From Patescibacteria group bacterium UBA2773 (lineage in GTDB: Bacteria; Patescibacteriota; Minisyncoccia; Moranbacterales; DUUL01): a stretch of 64,000 nt of DNA. Below are positions 9,109 to 19,679 of this stretch, in pieces. How positions within the stretch are numbered: position 1 is the stretch's first letter; the number at the start of each line of letters is the position of its first letter. Where the stretch lies: the NCBI GenBank assembly GCA_002352465.1, contig DEIN01000012.1:17484-81483 (forward strand), in the 5' to 3' direction. The notes below the pieces were generated by a model. The model saw only the letters and a program-made list of their open reading frames with translations. It was not told where the DNA came from and made no database searches. The position numbers and the translations under genes are program-made.

Positions 9109-10908
9109 TTATTTCTTCCTTCTATTAGCAATCGTTCTTTGGTTTTCAGTCAAACACTGCTTTCTTAATCGAACATTCTTAGGAGTCACTTCTAAATATT
9201 CATCCCTCGACATAATTTCCATTCCTCGTTCAATTGTCAGCTCAACTGGAGGAACTAATTGAATCGCCTCATCCGTTCCAGATGCTCGAACATTGGTTAA
9301 TTGCTTACCCTTAATCGGATTGACAGTGATGTCTTCACCTCTAGATGTATTACCAATTACCATTCCTTCATAAACTTGAATTCCCGCCCCAACATATAAA
9401 GAGCCTCTTTGTTGTAAATTAAACAAAGAATATCCTAAAACCTTGCCACCAATCATTGAGATCATTGATCCAATTTCTCTTTTCTCAATCACTCCAGCAT
9501 ACGATCGCATTTCCAAAAAACGACTGCAAAAAATTCCCTCACCCTTGGTGTCCACAATAAATTGCCCTCGATAACCCAATAAACCTCTAGTTGGAATTTC
9601 AAAAATCATTCTAACCATTCCGTTAACTGGTTTCATTTCAGTCATCACGCCTTTTCTTTTACCCAGTTTTTTGATGACAGTCCCTGTATTTTCCTCTTTC
9701 ACGTCAATCGTCACTTCTTCAAAAGGCTCCATTTTTTGACCATCAATTTCGATTTCTATGGCTTCCGGTTGAGAAACTTGAAGTTCATATCCTTCCCTTC
9801 GCATATTTTCAATTAAGATAGCAATATGAAGCTCTCCTCGCCCAGAAATCTTAAAGTGATCATTAGCTGAAAAATCAACTTTTAATCCAACATTAACTTC
9901 TAATTCTTTTTCTAATCGTTCTCTGATTTGAATACCTGTCACTAAGTCTCCATCTTGACCAGCAAAAGGAGAATTATTAACCAAAAAATTCAAAGTAATC
10001 GTTGGCTGATCAATTTCGATACTAGGCAGTTTCTCTTGATCTAAATTTTTACAAATTGTTTGTCCAATATAAACGTCTGGCAAACCAGCAATAATTACAA
10101 TCTCTCCAGAAACGGCGCTATCAACCTCTTGCCGTTGAGTTCCAAAAAAGATAAACATTTTAGTAATCTTGGCTTTAGAAATTTTATCTCCTTCTTTCTT
10201 AATATAAACTTCATCACCAACTTTCACTACTCCTTCATAAATTCTCGCTACTGCCAATCTCCCTAAAAAATTATCGTAAGCCAAATTAAAAGGTTGCAAC
10301 CGAAATTTTTCACTTTCTTCTTCGCCTTCCTTAATTGAGACCGATTCAACTCTAGCTAGAATAACGTCCAACAAAGGAAATAAATTTCCAGTTTGATTAT
10401 TCAAATCCAAAGTCGCCATTCCGCTCTTAGCATTAGCATAGATAACTGGAAAATCCAACTGATCATCATTAGCACTCAAATCTAAAAATAATTCGTAAAC
10501 CATTTCCTCTACCACGTCTGGTCGAGAAGCTGGTTTATCAATTTTATTCAAAACCACAATTGGTTTTAAACCTAAATCCAAAGATTTTTTCAAAACAAAT
10601 CGAGTCTGAGGCATTGGACCTTCTTGAGCATCCACTACTAAAACTACTGAATTAACCACCCGCAAAACTCGTTCCACCTCCGAACCAAAATCAGCATGTC
10701 CCGGAGTATCCACAATATTAATTTTAGTATCTTTATAATTCAAAGAAGCATTTTTGGAATAAATTGTTATTCCTCGCTCTTGTTCTATCGCGTCAGTATC
10801 CATTGAAGAATCATCAGAAACCATCCCTGTTTGACGCATCAAAGCATCCGTTAAAGTCGTTTTACCGTGATCAACGTGAGCCACAATTGCAATATTTCTA
10901 ATTTCCAT
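9109..10908 (-). CDS. typA: Translational GTPase TypA/BipA
   Basis: RNIAIVAHVDHGKTT, DTPGHADFG, NKID, GRGELHI, LTNVRASG C-terminal domain. Confidence 0.97.
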   Translation of the reverse strand: MEIRNIAIVAHVDHGKTTLTDALMRQTGMVSDDSSMDTDAIEQERGITIYSKNASLNYKDTKINIVDTPGHADFGSEVERVLRVVNSVVLVVDAQEGPMPQTRFVLKKSLDLGLKPIVVLNKIDKPASRPDVVEEMVYELFLDLSANDDQLDFPVIYANAKSGMATLDLNNQTGNLFPLLDVILARVESVSIKEGEEESEKFRLQPFNLAYDNFLGRLAVARIYEGVVKVGDEVYIKKEGDKISKAKITKMFIFFGTQRQEVDSAVSGEIVIIAGLPDVYIGQTICKNLDQEKLPSIEIDQPTITLNFLVNNSPFAGQDGDLVTGIQIRERLEKELEVNVGLKVDFSANDHFKISGRGELHIAILIENMRREGYELQVSQPEAIEIEIDGQKMEPFEEVTIDVKEENTGTVIKKLGKRKGVMTEMKPVNGMVRMIFEIPTRGLLGYRGQFIVDTKGEGIFCSRFLEMRSYAGVIEKREIGSMISMIGGKVLGYSLFNLQQRGSLYVGAGIQVYEGMVIGNTSRGEDITVNPIKGKQLTNVRASGTDEAIQLVPPVELTIERGMEIMSRDEYLEVTPKNVRLRKQCLTENQRTIANRRKK

Positions 10909-11124
10909 AAAATTGTAAAAATTAATAAGTCACCAAAAAATGACTCTTTAAAAGCCTAACTAGAAAAATCTTTAAATATCATCTAAACAGACACCTAACT
11001 CTACATCAAAAAAACCACTTTGTCAAAGGCTCACTACCTTTAAATTTTATTTATAAAAAAATGATTCAAAATCAACGCGGTTTACCTTTTTTTAAATGCA
11101 AAAAATCAAATTTATCTTAAACCG

Positions 11125-13563
11125 CTAACTACTCGCTCTGTTTTTAATTTCGTTCTCTATAATATCTCGATCTCGACCATAAGTATAACGAGAATATTGC
11201 TTGAAAGCCTCTCTTAATTCCGCACTACCCGATTGAGGCGGATAAGTTTTCATATCGAATGGATCAGATGATTCATTGTTAATTAAAAGTTTAGTAAAAC
11301 ACTGAAAGTTATTGATATTAATCAAGTCATTAGCGTCAAATACTGGCGTCAATTGTTTTTGTAAAAAATCAGCATCTTCAGCCCCAACTCTGAAAGCGCT
11401 CATTGAACCAACATTTCCAAAAACCGCCTTGGAAATATCATCAGAAAGCTGCCCAATATATTGATGGGCGATAGTTAAACACAATCGATATTTTCGAGCC
11501 TCCGCCAAAATTTGAGAAATTGAATCCGTGGTAAAATTTTGAAATTCATCAATGTAAAGATAAAAATCGTTCCGCTCATCTTCAGGAATATCAGTTCGAG
11601 ACAAAGCCGCCATCAACAATTTTCCCACAATAATCATCCCCAATAAATGACTATTAATTTCCCCAATTTTCCCTTTGGACAAATTCACCAATAAAATCTT
11701 TTTTTCATCCATTATTTTCCTGAAATCCAAAGTGCTTTCTTGTTGAGCAATAATTGGACGCATCATATCATTGGAAATAAAGCTGGTTAGCTTGGAATTA
11801 ATATAAGGTGAAATATTCTCCAAAGAAGCATCACCCCCGGCTTTTTCCGCTTCTTTTTCCCAAAAATCAACCACCGTTCGATCCTTGCAAAGTTTCAATT
11901 TTTCCTTCCGAAATTCAGCATCTCGAAAAACTCGCGGAATTTCCATTAAAGTCGAACCCGTCTCGGGACTGTCCATAATTAAAAGCAAAGCATTTCGCAT
12001 ATACTGTTCAAACATTGGACCACCAGTTTTGCTTAAATCATAAAGTTTATCAAAAATATTAATGATTTCATTAATCACAAACGTTTTTTGTTCTGGTCGT
12101 TTCTCATCATATTGAAGCATATTAAGACCAAATGGTCGTTCTGTATCCGCTGGATCAAAATAAATCACGTCTTCTGCTCGTTCCTTAGGAATACACTCCA
12201 AAACATGATCAATTAAATCACCGTGCGGATCAACAATACACATTCCCTCCTTGCCAATCGCGTCTTGTTTAGCCATTTCTTCAATAAAACCTGACTTACC
12301 CGTTCCAGTTTGTCCAATAATATAGAGATGTCTTCTTCGAGCATCTCGATCCAACCGAATTTCTGTTTTTGTCCCTCTGAAATCACTGAAACCCAATTTA
12401 AGCCCTTTTTTAGGAATATCAATTGGAGGCGGAGCTGATTTAGAACGCAACCAATTCAACTTTGGTGTTTCAGTCGTAGAAATTGGAAAATGAAAAACAC
12501 TAGCCAATTCTTCCACATCCAAAGTAATCTTTCGAGAAGGCATAAAATATCGAAAAATAAAATTAAAGGCTATTTTTTTGGCGTTTTTGCTCTTATCTCG
12601 AACTGTCACTAACTTATTCAAATTAACATCCTCAAATTGAGTAAAAGAATTTTCCAATTGACTTAAAATTTCTTCCGCACGCTGTTCAGTTTGAGCTGAA
12701 GCCATAAGCCTAATATTAACGTCAAATCTAGTTTTATTAATTTTATTTTCAATTTGTTTAATAACGTCATTCTCTTCTGGTGTCAAACTGACCAGTTCTT
12801 CTTCTTTTTTTTTATTCCCTGTCAAAATTCCACCAACTAAATCACCAAAGACTCCCTTGCTAGCCTCACTCAACCGCTTTCCTTTTTGCATTTCTCGCGT
12901 TATTTTTTCCCCTCGACGTTTAAGCGAACTATCAGTTGATTTTCTAAAAACCACCTGAAAACAGGCTCCCTCTTCAACATTTTCTAATTTAGAAAATGTA
13001 TTAGCAATATTATGTAAAGGATCTGATTCTAAATGTTGATAAGTTTTAATTGGAAAAATATGTTCCTTTTTTAATCGAACAAAACTACCCTTGGTCACTC
13101 CTTCTGGGCGAAAAATTGTATAATCCTCTACTCTTTCAATAAACGCGCTCGGATAAAAACTATGAATTTGTTTTTCCACCAGTTCTTTGATTTGTCTTGG
13201 CATTGAAACATAGAAAGAAATTTGTTCATTGTCTGAGGGAACTCCCATTTCCATTGTTATTTGAGGTGTTCCATAAAAAAAATCCATAATAAAATTTCTT
13301 TTTATCTTGGTTTCAGAAAAAGTCGCTAATAATTGTTCCATTACCGAAATTTCCTCTTTCTCACTCTGCGTTCTTTTCTCAGCATCTAAGTTCTCAGCTT
13401 TTTTCGGTTTTACTACTCGAACAATGTCCAAAGTTGAATTTAAAGATCGACTAATTCGAATTTTAGCTAATAAAAAAGTTTCTAGCATAAACCAACCGGC
13501 GCAAAAAATTGCTATGCCACCAATCAAAATCATTAAAACAAGAATTATGGTCGTTGTTTCCAT
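11125..13563 (-). CDS. VirD4/TrwB-like type IV coupling ATPase with N-terminal TM
   Basis: RRRHLYIIGQTGTGKS Walker A, VDPHGD, LYIDEFQNF Walker B, EARKYRL, AHQYIGQL, FGNVGS. Confidence 0.88.
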   Translation of the reverse strand: METTTIILVLMILIGGIAIFCAGWFMLETFLLAKIRISRSLNSTLDIVRVVKPKKAENLDAEKRTQSEKEEISVMEQLLATFSETKIKRNFIMDFFYGTPQITMEMGVPSDNEQISFYVSMPRQIKELVEKQIHSFYPSAFIERVEDYTIFRPEGVTKGSFVRLKKEHIFPIKTYQHLESDPLHNIANTFSKLENVEEGACFQVVFRKSTDSSLKRRGEKITREMQKGKRLSEASKGVFGDLVGGILTGNKKKEEELVSLTPEENDVIKQIENKINKTRFDVNIRLMASAQTEQRAEEILSQLENSFTQFEDVNLNKLVTVRDKSKNAKKIAFNFIFRYFMPSRKITLDVEELASVFHFPISTTETPKLNWLRSKSAPPPIDIPKKGLKLGFSDFRGTKTEIRLDRDARRRHLYIIGQTGTGKSGFIEEMAKQDAIGKEGMCIVDPHGDLIDHVLECIPKERAEDVIYFDPADTERPFGLNMLQYDEKRPEQKTFVINEIINIFDKLYDLSKTGGPMFEQYMRNALLLIMDSPETGSTLMEIPRVFRDAEFRKEKLKLCKDRTVVDFWEKEAEKAGGDASLENISPYINSKLTSFISNDMMRPIIAQQESTLDFRKIMDEKKILLVNLSKGKIGEINSHLLGMIIVGKLLMAALSRTDIPEDERNDFYLYIDEFQNFTTDSISQILAEARKYRLCLTIAHQYIGQLSDDISKAVFGNVGSMSAFRVGAEDADFLQKQLTPVFDANDLININNFQCFTKLLINNESSDPFDMKTYPPQSGSAELREAFKQYSRYTYGRDRDIIENEIKNRASS

Positions 13564-13591
13564 TCGTTAAATTTCGATTAAATTTTTATTT

Positions 13592-14023
13592 TTAAATTTT
13601 TTCAATAAAACCTTTTTGAATCAAAACCTTTCGAAGTTCTTCTTCATTAATCAATCGATCATGCATTTGATCCAACGCATAATTATTATTTAAAGCCCGA
13701 GCCACTTTCAAAGCTGTTTTCAAACCACTTTGAACAGCAATCTCAGTTAATTTCTGAATTTGATCCTCCATTTTATCCAAACTGGCCACATCAGCTACTT
13801 GTTTCGTTAAGTCTTCATCGACTGGCTGATCCCCCGGACTAATTGTTTTAATTTGATCTTCAGCTTGCTTGATTTTTTCTTGAGCCTTATTTTCAGTTTG
13901 CTCAAAATTCGCTTCAACTGTCTCCGAAGAAGACTTTTCTACTACTTCGTTTTTTCCCTCCAACTGATTTTCAACAATGTCTTCTCCCTCTTCCAAAATC
14001 TTTTCTTTACTCATTTTTGTCAA
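13592..14023 (-). CDS. Hypothetical acidic protein upstream of the coupling ATPase
   Basis: 143 aa; C-terminal KTALKVARALNNNYALDQMHDRL helix; tight operon spacing. Confidence 0.8.
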   Translation of the reverse strand: MTKMSKEKILEEGEDIVENQLEGKNEVVEKSSSETVEANFEQTENKAQEKIKQAEDQIKTISPGDQPVDEDLTKQVADVASLDKMEDQIQKLTEIAVQSGLKTALKVARALNNNYALDQMHDRLINEEELRKVLIQKGFIEKI

Positions 14024-14031
14024 ATTAATAA

Positions 14032-15108
14032 TTATTCTTTCTTTGCTTCTTCTTTGGAATCGCTTTCAGCCATCTTGCCAATTTCATTTGATAAATCCAA
14101 TTCTTCTCCTGCTACTTGCTTATTATCAATTTTATTTTCCTCTAAAATTTGAGCTTCCTGATCGGCTTGTTCTTGTTCTATTCCGGTTGAAACAACTGGT
14201 GCTTCAACTGCTTGAGTTTTTTCTATTGATACATCTGATTCGGTTTGAACTTTCTCAATTGGTTTAGCTCCAATTCTAAAATCAGATTGGTCATCAAGTT
14301 TAGCTAAATCATCATTTTCTTTTGAAATCTCGGACATCTCATCCACTTCTGCGACTTTCAAATTTTCAGAACTTGGTTTTTCTGCTTCAATTTCTTTTTT
14401 CGACACCTCCATTTCGATCTCTTTTTTCGGCACTTCAACTTCTTCCTTCTTCTCTGCTTCATTTTCTGGCTTAACCACTTCTATCAAATTCTCCCCAGCC
14501 GTCGCTTCTTCAGTTTTTATTTTTTCAATATTTTCTCTTAAAGCCTTCATTTCTTCAGTTTCTTCCAATCTATTAACAGCTTTTTCCTCAACCTCGGCTG
14601 TCACTAAGTTCTCCGTTGAAACTTCTGGTTTTAGCCCTGCTTCAACCTCCGCTGATTCTTCTACTGAAACTTCTGGCACTGTTTCTATTACTGGTTTTTC
14701 GGTTTCAACTTCAATTGCTGGAATGTCTGTTGCTGCCGCTACTTCTTTAGAAGCATCTTCTTTCCCTTCGTCATCAGCTTGAACTAAGGACTGTTTCATA
14801 AAATCACTAGCTCCTTGTTTATATTCTCCAATTTCCGCCAAAATCATTTCTTCCACCCCAGGAATATTTTCTTTTAAATATTGATCCAGTAAATCTGGAT
14901 TGTCCTGAGCTTTTTCTAAAATTCCCTTAAACTCATCTTGCTTTTCTTCCGGCAATTCCTCTACAATTCGCAACACAATTCTTTGTTGCAAAATCTCCCC
15001 AATTTGCAGTAATAATTCTTCTTTTTGTTTCGGTTCTAAAGTATCAATTCCCAATTCCTTGATTAAATCAATTTGAGCCGCTTGAATACTTGCTTTTAAA
15101 TTTGACAT
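14032..15108 (-). CDS. DUF5663-like N-terminal domain plus long acidic low-complexity tail
   Basis: DLIKELGIDTLEPKQKEELL...IPGVEEMILAEI pattern; E/K-rich C-terminus. Confidence 0.75.
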   Translation of the reverse strand: MSNLKASIQAAQIDLIKELGIDTLEPKQKEELLLQIGEILQQRIVLRIVEELPEEKQDEFKGILEKAQDNPDLLDQYLKENIPGVEEMILAEIGEYKQGASDFMKQSLVQADDEGKEDASKEVAAATDIPAIEVETEKPVIETVPEVSVEESAEVEAGLKPEVSTENLVTAEVEEKAVNRLEETEEMKALRENIEKIKTEEATAGENLIEVVKPENEAEKKEEVEVPKKEIEMEVSKKEIEAEKPSSENLKVAEVDEMSEISKENDDLAKLDDQSDFRIGAKPIEKVQTESDVSIEKTQAVEAPVVSTGIEQEQADQEAQILEENKIDNKQVAGEELDLSNEIGKMAESDSKEEAKKE

Positions 15109-15143
15109 TAGTTTTGTTTAATTTTTATTTAAAAATTTATTAA

Positions 15144-17765
15144 TTAACCCCTAGAATGCAAAGCCTTTTCTGCTCTATAAAGAAAATCTCCCGCTTTTTC
15201 ACCTGGATTATAAGCAATATTAGCATCTCTTTGTAAATCCCTTAAACGATTTTGAAGTTGCACTCGATGATTTGTTTCAACACTATTAATACCTTCTCCG
15301 ATTGATTCTCCAAATTCACCAGGAAAAGTTGCCCCTGGACTACTTGTTCTAACACTATCAATATCGTTTTCACTTGGTTTTATAAATTTATCAGAATAAA
15401 TTTCCTCCATAGTTTTCTTTTTTACTTCATCCCATTCTTCTCTTCGATCCTCCCACCAATGCTCATAAATATCTTTAATATCTTTTTCAACCGCCTCTTT
15501 CGTAATCTCATCTATTTTAGCTTCATAATCAATTCGGGCCGCCTTTTCAGCTTCTGTTTCCTGACCACCTTCTCCGATTGATGTCTCCAATTCTGCTTCT
15601 CCTAAATTACCAGCTGATTTTTCAAGAGTTTCAACCTCTTCATTAATGCCATCTGTTTGTTCTGCTGATAGATTAGCCTCAACCGGAGCAGCTTCAACTG
15701 GTATTGCTATGTCCTCAACAATTCCCGTTCCGGCAGTCGAAGTTTCCGCGACTGGCTGATCTATCTTAATTTTTTCAATCATTTCATCATCAATAAATTT
15801 TGGAATTTCCAATTTTCCATCCTTCAACTCAAATTCAGTTCCAATCGCCATATCTCTATACCTATCCCCTATAAACTTCTTTGCTTGTGTTTCATTCATA
15901 TCATAATTTGCTACTAACTCTTTCACCGTCTTCTCTTTGAATTCCGCCAAAGATTCTACTACCTTATTCTTATCTCCATTAAAGTGCTCATCTAATTTAT
16001 CCCAAACACAATCGCCTTTTTCCAACTCAAACTTTTTATTTAAGAACTGCTCTTGTTGCTCAGCGACTTCTTCAATCGAACTAGCCCAAGGCTTTTCTAT
16101 GTCCTCATTCAATGCACCTTCCGTAAAACTAGACTTAAACTTTTCTGGATCAATCTCCTGAACTTCTTCGAGCTTCACTCCAGCTTTTTCAATATTATCA
16201 GCCACGTCAGCTTCACTAGTAGCAGAAACTTCTGTTTCCCCTATATCCCCCGAAACAATTTCCAAACCTCCTCCTCCTTGCCCTGGAACATTATTACTAC
16301 CACTCAAAACATCTTTAATTTCATCCAAATCAAACGACCCTAACGTTATTGCAGTTACACCAGCCAACCCACCAATTAAAAGTTTCTCTCTTCTCCCTTT
16401 CCACTTAACCTGACGATTATGTTTATCTAAAGCCTTGAAAATATCACCTTTTTCGGTTTCCAAACTTTCTATTGTATTTTTCTCAGCCTTATCTTTACTA
16501 TCTTCTTTAAATAAAGCTGTATCTTGTTTAAGAAGTCGATGAGCTCCTCCAACCACAGCACCCATTCCTGCCCACATTGCCACTTTTTTAATAAACTTAT
16601 CCTTTAAAACTTTATAACCCAAATAATAAGCTACACCGACACCCATCAAAGCACCAGCACCAGCACTAATTCCAGTCGAAGCCACAAAGCCCAAACCAAA
16701 TTTAGCTGCCTTTGGAAGACTGCTGTATTTATCTTTCATTTTTCCAAACAGTCCTCTCTGTTTTTCATCTAAATTTTCAATTCGCTCGGCTATAAGCCTG
16801 TCTTCGTTTTGTTTCATATGCTCAAATATAGTCATCTTTTCCAACTGACCCTCAAGATTTTTCTCTGTCCCTTCAACCAGTTTCTCGTTTGAAGCGATTC
16901 TTTTTGACTCGGGCCCTTCTTTTTTTTCAATTTCAACTTTTTTCTCGGCTATTATTTTATTAGCAAATTCTGTATACTTTTCTCGATAATCTGTTTGGGC
17001 TTTTTCAAAAGCTTCCTTTGCATCTTTAAACTCTTTATTGATATGTCCCTCTTTAGAGTCGCTACTTCCTAAAAAACTTTGAATTTTTTTAAGTGCCCCT
17101 CTATTTTTCTCAACCGATTGAAGTTTTTCCTTAGCCGCCAAAGCCGTTTCAAATAAAACATCCACTTCTTTTTTCATCTCTCCTGATGATTTTTCTTTTT
17201 CTTCTTGAGAATTTTCAACAGAATCATTGGTTTCTGGTACGATTGACTCATTTTTATTTACCGTTTCAGCTGTTCCTGTTTTCATTTTTTCTTTTCCTCC
17301 CTTCTTTTTCATCTCATCATAATACTCTGCTATATGATCTCTTTTTTTATCTTCAACCTTAATATCGACATCTTCTGAACCACCTTCTAACATCTGAGCT
17401 TTAACGGTTCCCTGCGCCACTGGTGCAATAAGTCCTTTTCGCGTCGCTTCAATTTCCGCTCTAGAAGGCATTTTTTTCTCTCCATTATTTTTCTGATCTT
17501 CTTCTTTTTTTTCCGATGGTGATTCCTCAACCATTTTCAAGGCTTCTTGCTCGACTTCGACTCGATCTTCACTAGTCTCGGTTGTTTTTTCTTTTGAATT
17601 TTCTTGTCCCACTTGAACATTGTCATATTCTTTATAAGCTATTGAATTTCTCATAACTGCTAGGCTTTCATCCATTTCACTTAAATCCTCCCGAACAGCC
17701 TCGGTTTTAGATTTAAGCTTATCTTCAGCAGACCCCGGAGAAAAAGTTGGCATTTTTTCGTTCAT
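15144..17765 (-). CDS. Large acidic protein with central Gly-rich hydrophobic segments
   Basis: 873 aa; coiled coils, three Gly/Ala-rich hydrophobic stretches, weak LysM-like ELEKGDCVW. Confidence 0.8.
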   Translation of the reverse strand: MNEKMPTFSPGSAEDKLKSKTEAVREDLSEMDESLAVMRNSIAYKEYDNVQVGQENSKEKTTETSEDRVEVEQEALKMVEESPSEKKEEDQKNNGEKKMPSRAEIEATRKGLIAPVAQGTVKAQMLEGGSEDVDIKVEDKKRDHIAEYYDEMKKKGGKEKMKTGTAETVNKNESIVPETNDSVENSQEEKEKSSGEMKKEVDVLFETALAAKEKLQSVEKNRGALKKIQSFLGSSDSKEGHINKEFKDAKEAFEKAQTDYREKYTEFANKIIAEKKVEIEKKEGPESKRIASNEKLVEGTEKNLEGQLEKMTIFEHMKQNEDRLIAERIENLDEKQRGLFGKMKDKYSSLPKAAKFGLGFVASTGISAGAGALMGVGVAYYLGYKVLKDKFIKKVAMWAGMGAVVGGAHRLLKQDTALFKEDSKDKAEKNTIESLETEKGDIFKALDKHNRQVKWKGRREKLLIGGLAGVTAITLGSFDLDEIKDVLSGSNNVPGQGGGGLEIVSGDIGETEVSATSEADVADNIEKAGVKLEEVQEIDPEKFKSSFTEGALNEDIEKPWASSIEEVAEQQEQFLNKKFELEKGDCVWDKLDEHFNGDKNKVVESLAEFKEKTVKELVANYDMNETQAKKFIGDRYRDMAIGTEFELKDGKLEIPKFIDDEMIEKIKIDQPVAETSTAGTGIVEDIAIPVEAAPVEANLSAEQTDGINEEVETLEKSAGNLGEAELETSIGEGGQETEAEKAARIDYEAKIDEITKEAVEKDIKDIYEHWWEDRREEWDEVKKKTMEEIYSDKFIKPSENDIDSVRTSSPGATFPGEFGESIGEGINSVETNHRVQLQNRLRDLQRDANIAYNPGEKAGDFLYRAEKALHSRG

Positions 17766-17788
17766 TTTTTTATAAATTAAGATTAAGT

Positions 17789-18775
17789 TTAGTTTTCTTT
17801 TAACTTTAAATAACTAATTACCTCAGTTTTTTTGTTCAAAGAGATGATATCAGCTAAGTCTTCTAGTTTTTTCGGTAATTCAACTGACCAAAAATTATCT
17901 AGATATTTACTTCTTTTGTTTTCAATAAATTCCGCTTCTTCAGACTGTTTTTGGCTTTTCAAAAAAGCCTCCAGATCATTTTTATAATCCGCCACGTATT
18001 CCACCAAAGCCTCTTGCAAAAAATCTTTTTCTTTTTTAGAAAACTTTTTTAACAATTTTCTTTCTTTTTCTCGAGAACTCAACTCAAAACTGCCTTCATT
18101 TAAAAAAGAATTTTCAAATAGTTCTTTAAATTCATTAAAGTTTAGGTCTTCTTGCGTCCATCGATTTTTATCATCAAGAAAAGAATGGGCTTTATTTTTT
18201 TCATCATAACAAGAGACTTGATAAACAGAAATTGAAACCCTCTGCTTCACAGGATTATACCCTAAAATCTTATATTCTTTACCAGTGTAAAAATTAGTAA
18301 ATCCTTTTTCTTGATTATATTTTTTGAAAAACTCTTGTTCTGTTTTTGGTGTTTCTTGTTTGTTGTTTTTCTCTGTTTTGCCTTTTAGCTCATCTATTTT
18401 TATTTCTTCTTTAAGCTGGGCTTTCTTAGTAATATGTTCACTTGACTTTTTGTTAAAATGATTCTTAATTGCTTTTACCAAAAGATTAGCATGCATCTCA
18501 CTATTCAAGATTTTTATTATCTCCGCCTTAATTTTTTCTTGATCCAATTCATCTTTATCAATTTTCCCTTGCTCAATTTTTTCTATTAAAAATTTCTCCA
18601 ACTGAGGAAGCAGTTCATTTTCGGCTTTTTTGTAATATTTCTGATATTTTTTATTTTTTCGCTTGATTTCATCAGCCTTTTTACTCTTTTCATAAGCCAA
18701 AGCATAAAAATCCAAAACCTCAAAAGGTAAAAATTTTTCAATCCATTGATTAATTATTTTTCTCTCAGCTTCCAT
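17789..18775 (-). CDS. Hypothetical protein
   Basis: 328-aa K/E-rich ORF, first gene of the run ending in the coupling ATPase. Confidence 0.75.
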   Translation of the reverse strand: MEAERKIINQWIEKFLPFEVLDFYALAYEKSKKADEIKRKNKKYQKYYKKAENELLPQLEKFLIEKIEQGKIDKDELDQEKIKAEIIKILNSEMHANLLVKAIKNHFNKKSSEHITKKAQLKEEIKIDELKGKTEKNNKQETPKTEQEFFKKYNQEKGFTNFYTGKEYKILGYNPVKQRVSISVYQVSCYDEKNKAHSFLDDKNRWTQEDLNFNEFKELFENSFLNEGSFELSSREKERKLLKKFSKKEKDFLQEALVEYVADYKNDLEAFLKSQKQSEEAEFIENKRSKYLDNFWSVELPKKLEDLADIISLNKKTEVISYLKLKEN

Positions 18776-19107
18776 TTTTATTTTACCTAAATTATTGAGT
18801 TTTTTGTTTTAAACAAAGACTTTTAAGCAATTTTAATTTATTTTCTAATTTTATTTTTTTGATTTACTAATCTCAAATAATTCAACCCAAACAAGGTTTT
18901 ATAAGAAAAATCGTATTTCCATTAATCGTTAAATTTATTTTAACACATAAAAAAACAGTTGCAAAGTCAAGTTATGAACAATCAAGTCAAGAGCTTTTTA
19001 ATTTAAGTTTTTTAGCTTAAAATCTAGACATAATCAAATCTTCAAAATATACTTTTAAAAAGCAGAATTCTAATTCAAAAATACCTCAGTATAAAAACTT
19101 TAAAAAC

Positions 19108-19140
19108 AAAAAAGACTTTCTCGTGAAAGAAAGTCTTTTT
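19108..19140 (-). terminator. Intrinsic terminator after hup
   Basis: AAAAAGACTTTCT/AGAAAGTCTTTTT inverted repeat. Confidence 0.8.
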
Positions 19141-19167
19141 AAGATTTATTAAAAATAATTTAAAAAA

Positions 19168-19443
19168 TTATTTTTTTACAGCTTCTTTTAAAGTTTTTCC
19201 AGCTTTAAATTTAGGTACTGTAGTGGCAGCGATTTGGATTTTTTCCTTAGTTAAAGGATTTACTCCAGCCCGAGCAGCTCGATCAGATGTTGAAAATGTT
19301 CCAAAACCTGTAAAAGCTACGGTTCCCCGTGATTGCAAAGTTTCAGTAACTACATCCAAGACTGCGTTGATGGCGCTATCAGTATCCTTTTTACTAAGTC
19401 CTGTTTTAGAAGCAACTGCATCTATTACGTCTTTCTTGTTCAT
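19168..19443 (-). CDS. hup: DNA-binding protein HU
   Basis: MNKKDVIDAVA, GFGTF, RAARAGVNP, PKFKAGKTLK; strong SD AGGGAGGTGA. Confidence 0.97.
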   Translation of the reverse strand: MNKKDVIDAVASKTGLSKKDTDSAINAVLDVVTETLQSRGTVAFTGFGTFSTSDRAARAGVNPLTKEKIQIAATTVPKFKAGKTLKEAVKK

Positions 19444-19679
19444 GTTGTCACCTCCCTGCTATTTTTCATTTATTTATTTTAATTTTTAGCCAAAGTTGTT
19501 TCTCTCTAAGTAATTTGCTTTTCAGAAATGTTCTTTTAATTCTTCAATAACTGCTTATTTAACAGTGCTATCATTCTAATACACTTTATACAAACAATGC
19601 AAGCTTTTATCCTTATTTTAAAGCTTTTATTTATTTTTAAAGCTTTTCTTGACTTTTTATAAACATTTGTTCTTTGGCT

